DNA from: Proteromonas lacertae
Taxonomy: Eukaryota
Assembly: GCA_002245135.1 (NCBI GenBank)
Contig: NGBS01001165.1
Location: 186,001-250,000, forward strand
Reading direction: 5' to 3'
DNA: 64,000 bases
Part shown: positions 53,766 through 64,000 of the stretch, in pieces
Layout: each line of letters starts with the position of its first letter
How positions within the stretch are numbered: the first letter of the stretch is position 1
Translations under genes and position numbers: made by a program
The notes under the pieces: generated by a model
Told to the model about the DNA's origin: nothing
Seen by the model: only the letters and a program-made list of their open reading frames with translations
The model's database searches: none

Positions 53766-56700
53766 TTAATCCTCATCTGATACTTCAACATCATCATTAA
53801 TTACTTTTCCATTCAAATCCTTATTTTTCAAATTTCCAACCCAGAATACATCAGGACAATCATTTTCTTGTGTAATTGCTTTGATTTTATAGATAAATAA
53901 TTCCAAATTCTTCTTTATCTTAGGAGCTATTGAAATCATTGAAGTATTTCTTGTAGATTTACCGTGACTGCATAATGCCTGAATTTGTCTAGTTCCTTTC
54001 TGAAAAGTCTTTAATATATCAGTAATCTCATTAATATAACTCTTAAAAATCTTTGAAATAAATGAAATAATCTTTGATAAGAAAATATCTATAAATTTCG
54101 ATCCATACTTCAATGCTGAAGTTAATATTGGTCTAGTCTGTACATAAGAAGTAAAATGAATCAAAGTAGTAAATGTAACAACATGTTGACCTATAACCCT
54201 TAAGGTATTTATCACATCTTCAGTATCCAATTCAACCAATGAAAATGATTGTTGAGTAACTTCAATTAAAGTAGAATAATACAACGGTAATGTTGTTTTA
54301 TTGAGTGTGGGAAAATTTTCGGAGAAATTAATAGCTTTATTTTCTTCATCCATCAATTCTCGAAATGTTGTTCCAACGAAATGCATTGTTAAATCAAATT
54401 GAATTGGAGTTTGTAGAAAATAGTACTTCAATAACATTCCTATATTTTTAGCTTTATAATTTGCTATATTCCAGTTTTTTTGTAAGAATGAAGAGAGTAG
54501 CAAATTGTATGATTTTCTTTTCAATTTGTAAAGTTCATCATCTGTTGATTCTATTATTTCAACTATCTTCTTTAATAAATCAATATATGTATTGATTATA
54601 TTGAAATTAGTTATATGTTCTAAGATTGATTGTATATATTCAAATGCCAATTTCAATATTTCTGTTTTAGTTTTTTTATTATTCTCGTCATTTTCTACTT
54701 CACATTTTGCTAATATTCTCAATACTACTTTATAATAATCGTTATAACTCTCAACGAATTCAGAATGTAATAAAACTATAAATATCTTTCCAATATAATC
54801 GATGATTTCATCATCATAATCACTATTATCATCTTCACTTAAACTTGGAGTAACATTTTTATCAATAATTCTCAAACTAATTTGATTTCTTAACGATCTT
54901 AATACTTCCTTTTGTAGATAACTGAACATTTCTTGAGGTGTATAGTTATTGTTGTTATTTGTTGATACTTCATGCATTTGTCTCATCTTTGTAAAGAATC
55001 CTCTTGGTGGATCTAAAACTGCTTTTATAGTTGGATAATTCTCAGATAATAGTAATAATATTGATTGTGAGTTTAATTGGTATAATTGAATGGTATTATT
55101 TTCTAGTGATTGTGATTTGATTGTTTTACATTTTAATAATATCAATGAATGAGGATGAAATGTTACTACTTCTGTTTCATATAAAGATGATAATGTATTG
55201 GATGATGATAATGATGATGATATATTGATGGATTTTGATTTATTTTGGCTTTTTCCTTTGCCTTTCTCTCCACTTTCTATTCAATAATATAATAATTATA
55301 TACTTTCTATTGTTTTGAATTTCTTTCTAATTGTTTCTTCTACTTCACTGATATTCTCACATCTTAAATAACACATTCTTATTATCTCATTTCCATCAAT
55401 ATTACTAAATATCGATATTAATAATCTTAACCATTGTAAACTATACAAATAACACAACTTTAATATATCAACAGTTTCAGATTTATAGATTGTAATGTCA
55501 TTCAATGTGTCAACTGACACTAGTAACAAAGGATAACTTAAATAAGGAATTAAATTGATTATATTGTTATGTATAATTTCATTACATAAAACCAGTAATT
55601 TAAACTCTGGTATAAATAGATTGATGATATATTTATTTTGGTTTAATAGTAATAATAACACATTTATAACTTTATTATTGTTGTTATTTGCTAGGTTATA
55701 AATAGGTTTTGGTATAATATTATCATAGTCTTTTAATTCTTCATATACACCTCCTTCAGGTATATCACTCACAAACAAGTTATCAAATTCTTGAGATACT
55801 AAATTGTAGATTATTTCAATGAATTTAATATCATATTTTCCATTTTCAATATAACTACTCAGTTCATTATAAAAGAAAGACTTCAATTTCGTATCTCTTT
55901 TACAAATAGAATAACATAAGTTGAATATTTCATTACAATTATCAAATGAAGATTTTCCATTATAAGTTGGTATTTCTGATAATATGTCAATAACTGACAG
56001 TGAAAAAATCACTCCAATTTGTTGATATTGTTCCGACGTGTTTGATAAATGTTTTTGAATATAAATTAACAATTCATCGAATGAAAATCCAGGATTATCG
56101 TTTGATAAACAACATAACTTTGTCAATATTTTTGATATAATTTTATGATCTTCTTTATTCAATGTATAGATTATATCTAATAATGAACGAATATATAATC
56201 CATAATACTGAAAATTATTAATCAACTCAGGTTCTGTATATTTATATAATAACAATAAACATTTGTTTGTCGTATTTGGAGTAAAACCATTAACATGAGA
56301 AATGATAGTCAAAATTACTTTCTGTTTATCACTTGGATTATCAAAATATTTAAATAATATATAATACAATGTAATACCTCTATCAATGAATATTGGTTCA
56401 TTTTTATTCACTAAATGAGATGCTAATTGTAAAAGTACTGTAAAATATGGTTGAAATAATAATTGATAATTATTCAAAGAATCTTCTATTAATTGTGATG
56501 ATATTATTTCATTTTCACATAATTTTCTGAATATTGATTCAGCTTTGGATGATATTGAAGTGATTGATAAACATATATAAATCAACCATATATCAAATAT
56601 ACTTATACTATCAACTGTTACTTTTTTGATTATTTTAAATATCTTAGTTGTAATATCAATTTTACATTTTAATAAACTTGAAATGGTATTAAAGAATATA

Positions 56701-57602
56701 TGAAAACTATCGAAATCCTGTTGTATAATATCAGCAGTGATATAATTCCTATATTTATTAAATATACCATTCAATTGTTCTATATCTAAATATTGTAATG
56801 AAAACTTCAATATAATAGCATTTTGTGTTATTTTCACTTTATCTATTAATTGTAATAGTGTAGATCGAATAATTACTATTTGATCAGCGGTTAAATCTAA
56901 ATCACTAAGTAAATCTATCACATACACTGTCAAATTCGGTTCACCCGTTATTAAATCCATCAATGATTGGATAGATTGTGACATTGTTTCTTCATTAATG
57001 AATTCACTTAAAATTGATAATAATTGTCTTTGTATTATTAATGGTAATATCCCCAAATATTGGAATATTAAATTTATTATATTGGAGATGTTGTTGTGAA
57101 AATCTGTCCATCTTAACTGGGAAATTATTAGATTAACTGTGCAATTATCAGGAAAATTGTCATTATCATTCTCATCACTGTATACTGGTATTTGCTCAAA
57201 TAAATACTCCACTAATTTCATCTGTAATAGTTCCACATCGAGTGAAACTTTGCATATAGAATCACCAAAATGTCCATTCTCTTGATCAGATGGCTTGTCT
57301 GAAATCCAAATTGGTGATAAAAACGTTCTAAAATTTTCTCTATCCTCAGACAGTAATTTTACACAATTTAAATAAGATGAGCATTTTTCTGGAGTACTTA
57401 AACTCTCTTTTATTTTACTTTGAAATATGGATAGATCTTTGGTTTGAACTTTCGATAGTTTAGATGCTTCCCACTCATAATTTATCTCACAATCGTTTAA
57501 TAAAGGAAAAAAGAAACCATCCAATTCACTTGATTGGTCTTCTACCTCTGGACGTTTTGCTGGAGGTACTTCTGTTGGATTTGACTTTCTTTTTAATCTC
57601 AT
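53766..57602 (-). CDS. FANCD2: Fanconi anemia group D2 protein
   Basis: LIISQLRW; IYIQKHLS (the monoubiquitination-site Lys context); C-terminal QKGTRQIQALCSHGK...APKIKKNLE...FWVGNLKNKDLNG. One intron near 55270-55300. Confidence 0.9.
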
Positions 57603-57977
57603 ATTCAAAAAACGCGATTTCGCGCCAATTCGATTTATTCTTAAATAGAAAAACATTTGGTATTAATTTTCTTTTTATTATGTTGATGGTTATAAATTAC
57701 ATATATTCTGAAAACTTCTTACAAATTGTAATATTGATGTGTGATTCAGTTATTTAGCTTGCAAGTTGGTATGATTTCTTGTGTTATATATTATTTAAAT
57801 AAATTATAGTATATATTTAATGAGTAACTAAAGAAAAGAGTTTTTCTGTATTTGTTGAATTACAGTGAGTATATTGATCGAGATGTATTTAGTATTATAA
57901 ATACCATTAAAATAATATAAAGAAAATCAAAATACTTTTAAAAAAAGTTAAATCACAATTTATAATGTTTAATTTAA

Positions 57978-58947
57978 TTATATATATGCATAATAACCAA
58001 GATATGATATAGATTCATCGTCTTCAATATTCTTTATAGTATTCGATTGATGATATAAAGTAGTTTCACATTTTAGCTTATTATTGAAAGAAGACTGACA
58101 AAGGATTCTTAAAATAACATTTATAGATTCCTTTCCACAGATAGTATTACCTGTTATATTCAAATATTCGTCAAATTCACCATAATTCAATTTTGATAAT
58201 ACTTTCACACCCTCTTCGTCTAATACTCTTATAAAATCATTGATAGTTGGATACAATGGATCAAACTTAGTAAATTCCCACTTATCTCCCCAATGACAGA
58301 AATTACTACTTATACACCATAAAGTACTTGGATCATTGAAATATGGTAATAAACAACTCGCTGCTTTCATACGCATAGCTTCATCCAGATCACCTACCAA
58401 TAATGGAATTAATTTGAAAGGTCGATTCTTCATTAAAGCTAATATATTCAAACAAAGTATCTCTACACAGTGTTCTGTTTCATCACTGTGGTGTTTTAAT
58501 AGCCTAAATGTTTCATTTGATCTTAATAAATCTCTCACTACCTCCTGGTCTATCTCTACATTGCCTAATGGTGTTTCATATATTGAAGCCTCGCTTAAAC
58601 CACAAAATCTATTCATATAAATCGACAATTAATAAATACGGTTGATATTCATAGTGATTTGGACCTAATACGAAAATTCGTTTTATATTTGTAGGATCGA
58701 CTTTTGCAAACACTGAAGATATCACATCACCACAATCATTATAACCATCGTGTGGAGCTATCAAAAATTTGGTTTGTTTACGATCATCTGTATGGAACTG
58801 TGTTAAGTTATCTATTGAATATATAAATGTTCATACTTCTTATCTGTTTGAGGAGATTTTGAGGATCACTGTCATACCTATACAATATACTCAATAAAAT
58901 GTATACATATGACCTGCATTATGGGCTGGTCTTATGTAGTTGTTCAT
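57978..58947 (-). CDS. MEMO1: MEMO1/AmmeMemoRadiSam protein B family
   Basis: IRPAHNAG, LIAPHDGY, IFVLGPNH, YETPLG, DETEHCVE, SSNFCHWG, NTICG, SISY. Confidence 0.88.
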
Positions 58948-59109
58948 TTGACTTGAAATAGAATAGAATTATGAAGATGAAATGAGAGTTCTTAATAATT
59001 CTTCAAAATTCTTTTTAAACATGTGTATTGAATTTTGATTAGAATCTCAAAAATAATACAAATAAAAACACAAAATATTGAATAGTATTTATTCTTTTGT
59101 AATCTAAAT

Positions 59110-61050
59110 CTATTCTGTATAGACTATGTGATGATTTTTAATTCTCTTATTACAATTTGGACAAACCTATGGAAAATAGAATTTATAGAATATAATATCA
59201 TAGCAATTACTGTGTATTTCATATACATATATATATATATATATATACCTTTTGAGACATGATTTTTTCACTACATTCTTTACAGTAAAGAAAACACTTA
59301 CATGGCATAAACAACACATTTTTATGCTGCTTCTTACACATCTATTGATTATAATATAATACTTATACATTACATAAATTATTATCTATTACATTATCAA
59401 CTTCTTCTTTTAATTTATTGATTTTATTCTCCAATTCATTATTCTTAATATCAACTAATTTCATTTTTTCTTCTAAAACAGAAGTTTCATTAGGATCTTT
59501 CGTTTTATCCTTCATACCCTTCTCATATGTATCAATAGACAATATTTTATCACTTGTAACGATTTTCTTTGCAATATTAATGGGTTTATCAAAATCAACA
59601 GAAGAATCAGTGAAATTGAGATTATCTATGATATGTTCTAGAATAATATTATAGTTAGGTAGCAATAATGGGTTACTTTCATAACACATAAGGACTTTCG
59701 AATTCAATCTTAATTTATTAATCTCATCTACATTTATATTCATATTTATATAATCTCTATCTAATAAATAAGGTAATGAAGCTAATGAAACTCTATTTTG
59801 TCTTAATGTAATATAAGTACTTTCAGATATTCCATATCTATTACAATATTGTTTCAGTTCATTTTGTTTTTCATCTTCTATTCCAAGATTAATCAATTTA
59901 AATGAATTATAAAAATATTTACCGTCATAACCACCAAAAACATAAATACTATTTCCGACTAGCGCAGTGCAATGTTTACGAGTAGGTGGAGGTAATGGAA
60001 CAACTAATTTCAAATAATAAAAATAAAATAATAATCAATATACATCCAATATCAAAAGGAATTGATATTTGTAATACAAAACTAGTAGAAGTTGGAATTC
60101 TGCCAGGATAATCAATTAATTCAATACATAATAAAGTATTACAATCTTTCGCTTCCTCTACATTATCATTATAATTAATCATTCCACTGTATATAAATAA
60201 TTTATTGTTTATCATATCAGCACTATGTCCCCATCTACCTTTGATATTATGAAAGTCATAACCAGTTAATTGTGGCAAAACCCACGTGCCATTGCATATT
60301 AGATTAGTTATTCTATAATAGATATAGATCATATTGTTATTTTGATATTCTTGACTTGTTCCTCCGAATAGAATAGCTACACCAGTTAAACTATAATATA
60401 TTAAAAATTATAATATTTCGATATATATACGGATGATATGTTAAAGTAGCAAATTTCAATGGTGGTACAATGACGGAGTCTTTATGTAATATACTCTTTT
60501 CCCATGTGACTATATTTGTATAAAATTGACTGATATCTAAAATATAAACTCTATTATCAACTCCTTGTTTAGTTTCACCTCCAAAGAAGATTATTCTACT
60601 ACAATCGTGAATATAACTGCATGCATGATATCTACGAGGTTCTGGCATATTTTCTGGTTTATATTCCATTATATTTAAGAATGTGTATGTAAAAGTATCA
60701 AACCAATAAGTATTATTATAAAATTCTTTATTTTTACTTCCACCATTTATCATTAAAATTCTACTAATCTTAGTACCAGTTTTATCAAATACAGAAACTG
60801 GAAGTGCTACATGGTTTGATCTTTCGATTGATTGAAATTTTAATCTAGTCCATTCCATTTCTGAAGGATTAATATAACAAATTTCATCATAAAACCCTGA
60901 CTTACCCATAGACCTATTTATGTAAAAAGAACAAGCATACCCTCCAAATAATATAACTTTATCCCCAACAGCAGTTAAAGTTGCACCCCATCTTTTCTCT
61001 GGTGGTATTCCTTTAGTCATAACATTACGACATTCGTAGGTATAATTCAT
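59110..61050 (-). CDS. Kelch-repeat protein with SAM-like domain, coiled coil and C-terminal RING finger (putative E3 ligase)
   Basis: Kelch motifs PEKRWGATL...LFGG, PEPRRYHAC...FFGG, GRWGHSA, PPTRKHCT...VFGGYDG. Spliced RING: CNMCKKQHKNVLFMPCKCFLYCKEC...CPNC. Confidence 0.8.
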
Positions 61051-61257
61051 TCTTGTTATGAAAAATCAAGCCAAAGGTTTGAAAAATAAAAATATGTTTT
61101 TTACATTCTTTTGATTATTCTTTAATACTTTTATATGTATTATATATGTAGGATCATCAAACAACAACAGGCCATAACATCAATTAAACTACTCAATAAC
61201 AAAATTGATGTTTCAAAAATAGATCCGTTTACACAGTTGTTTTTTTAAATCAGTTGA

Positions 61258-64000
61258 ATGGAGTCTTCAATAATTCACAAAAATCCACCTCAAGAAGGGT
61301 ATAAAATGTATTTCATCTGTAGACTGTTTTTAGGAATTAACAGTGTAAATCTTGCTGATCTAAAAGTTCAGTGTGATGGTGTGATAATAGAATTACCTCA
61401 GAATTTATTAGAGACTCGTAGTGAAAAATTCAGACAGCTTATTAATGGACTTAATGGTAAAGATGTTTTAGAATTGTCTCAGAATACTCTTTTCGATGGT
61501 TTTGAGAATATGTTGAAATATTATGGTTATGCTACCCTAAAACTATCATCTGAAAATGCTATTCCTATTTACTTGGATAGTTTATATTTAGAAGATGTTG
61601 AGTTATCTATGAAATGTAAAGCGTATTATTAATTTATCTTATGTATATAGTTATATAAAATCCAATGTTGATGTAGAAATAATCAGTGATTTCATCGATT
61701 ATAGAGATAATTTCCCCAAAATAGTAATAGACGAAATTGAGCCAATTATAGCTGAATTTGTACAAAACAATACCATGTACATACTCAGTGACAGTATAAT
61801 TTAACTATTTATGTTGATTATTAGAAAATCTTCAAAAATTAACGCCAGGAGCAGTAAAATTCATTCTTTCCTTCTCATCATTAAGTGTACCAAGAGAATT
61901 ATTCTTAGCCAATCAATTGCTCAAGTTTTATAACTTTACTGAGAATGAGATTTTACAAATGCAAAATAAGAAAGAAAGATGTGAATTATTGGAAGCTTTT
62001 AAAGACTGGTTTTTGGGTGTGAAAGACTCTATTAATTGGTATGAAGCTAAAAAAAGTATATTAATAAAGAGTAATGCAGTAAAATTCTTAAAGAAGGATG
62101 ATTTTTGGAATAACAAAGATAATATAAGAAGAAATAATAATATTTCAGTTCAACCCAAATCATGTATATTAATATTATATTATTATTATTATTAGATTCT
62201 ACTTACATTAAGTTAACTCCACCGCATGGAGGAATAATCAATGACTTAGTGAGTAAAGGATATGGAGATATAACATTCAAAGTAGGTCAAACTGAGATAA
62301 AAAGTGTGAAGAATATATTATTATACCAACAAAATAACTATATAAATACCTTAATAGACAATGCATTTGATAAGAAATCAACTATTTATTTATCAGATGG
62401 AATTACAGTGAATGGATTTAAGATGTTAATGGTTTATTATGGATATGGTGATGTAGAAGTAGATAGTAGTAATATTGGTGATTTGTTGATAACAAGTTAT
62501 TTAATTAAAGATTATTCATTATTCAAACAATGTAAAGAGTATATATATATATATATATATATTAATAATATGAAAATAGATTTTTTGTGAATAATTTAGA
62601 TTATAAATCCATTGATGTTTATTTCAATAATAATGACTATCTTGAACAAAAGAGTAAAAAAGTTTTGGATTTAGAAGTGCAATCTTATATATCATCCAAC
62701 AATAATTATTTATTTAAAGATGATATCATATTAAATTATTCAATAGACTCACTTACAAAGATGGTTAAAACACCTGTTTTATATTTAACAAGTGAAAATA
62801 CATTTGCTAATCAAATGTTGTTCTATTATAATGAATCAGAAAAGAATGGAAAAGTGAATATTTACTTTAAGAAACAATTCAGAGAGATTTGTGAATATAT
62901 AGATTGGAGTAAAGTGGATAAGAAGATGTTGTTAAAATGTGAAGCGTTAAATGAAATTGATATAAATAAAAAGACATTAAAAGAAGGAATTGTTCACCAT
63001 TATATTGAAGAAAAAATACCATATCAATTGATGAGATTGTCATTCTTGAGAGAAGTAGAAGAAATGAAAAGTATAATTTATTTATTTATCCAATTTCAAT
63101 AGAAGAATATAATGAAGAATTAGTCAAAATAGATTTGAGAGAATATTTTGAAATTGAATCGTTACAAGATGATATTACAGAATATTGTATATATATATAT
63201 TATAACATTTATCGCATGTATAGTAATTGATAAAGTGTATGTTTTATTGGATAAGAAAATGAAAATCAGTAAAGATATCTTAGAGCCAATTCCTGATAAT
63301 GAGAAGTTATTCAAACATATATATGACGAATTCCCACAAAAGAATGTTGCTTCTACTTATTTACAGAATGAAAGTTATTTCTTATTGATAAGAGGTTATT
63401 TATTAAAACCACAATTGAAAGATAAATATCCATTAAATGAGTTAGTGTCTGAAATAAAGAGAAAGTTTTATGATGGAATTATTCATAAAAATATAATGGA
63501 TTTTAGACGTATAATTTTTAATTACTCTTTCTTTTTAAAATAGAATGTCCACTTACTGGTGATAATATCTTAATATTATCTAAACATTTCTATATGTTAG
63601 ACACTTTAAGAAACTTAGATCTGCCCAAACCGCAATTAAGAAAGTTATTCTCCAAACCATCCAGTGATAATGCTGAGTATTTAGTTAACCTTAAATCATT
63701 AACATGTGATGGAAAAAGAATAAAAGATAATGATTGGACATTCATATTCTTTAACATGACAATTAATTCAGCTGTTAAAGTAAGTAAATATAGTGAATTT
63801 TTCTATAATATAATTCATGATCATTATGTAGCGAAGAGTTATAAAGAAAAGAAAATATTTGAAGAAGAAGTGAAACAGAATAATTTATATGCACATAAAG
63901 AAGAAGAGGAAGAAAAGCAGAAGAATTCACATAAGAAAGGAAAGAAGAGTAAATCAAACTCTGATAATAATAATAATAATAATGAAGAAGTAAAACAAAA
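61258..64000 (+). CDS. Protein with two BTB/POZ(-BACK-like) domains; runs off the window
   Basis: BTB1: ADLKVQCDG...LLETRSEKFRQLI...GFENMLKYYGY. BTB2: GDITFKVG...YINTLI...GFKMLMVYYGYGDV. Exons are joined by short introns and the last frame stays open to 64000. Confidence 0.7.

Noticed and set aside
57978..58947. MEMO1 motif substitutions (PHDGY, EHCVE, SSNFCH) as a sign of new function
   Set aside because: The main His/Cys residues are retained and the divergence matches the generally fast evolution of genes in this window.

Overview
Very AT-rich, gene-dense eukaryotic DNA with many tiny GT-AG introns (mostly ~27-60 nt, donors usually GTAT). The ORF track therefore splits most genes, and I rebuilt the models below by hand. 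Tiny introns, flagellar genes (CFAP57/WDR65, TPPP) and a bacterial-type intronless amidohydrolase suggest a flagellated gut protist, possibly a Proteromonas-like stramenopile (inference). About 20 genes can be supported. Two loci stand out. (1) An ~11.8-kb gene (1650-13472, minus) encodes a signal peptide, about nine tandem AmiC/UrtA-like Venus-flytrap domains and a class C GPCR 7TM domain. (2) A ~6.8-kb segment (29916-36713) carries one Crinkler/RHS-type NTPase-REase-helical linker-NTPase-REase gene and is bracketed by a perfect 111-bp direct repeat of the neighbouring gene's 3' end, like an integrated mobile element. Also present: a CPSF30-YTH-DCD fusion, a BCKDH E2 with two near-identical lipoyl domains, pseudokinase-LRR genes with 84-nt exons, FANCD2, MEMO1, HINT, LSM12, a GPR107-like protein, a cyclic-nucleotide-domain K+ channel, a Kelch-RING protein and a tandem-BTB protein. 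Several genes have single-base homopolymer frameshifts that are probably assembly errors.
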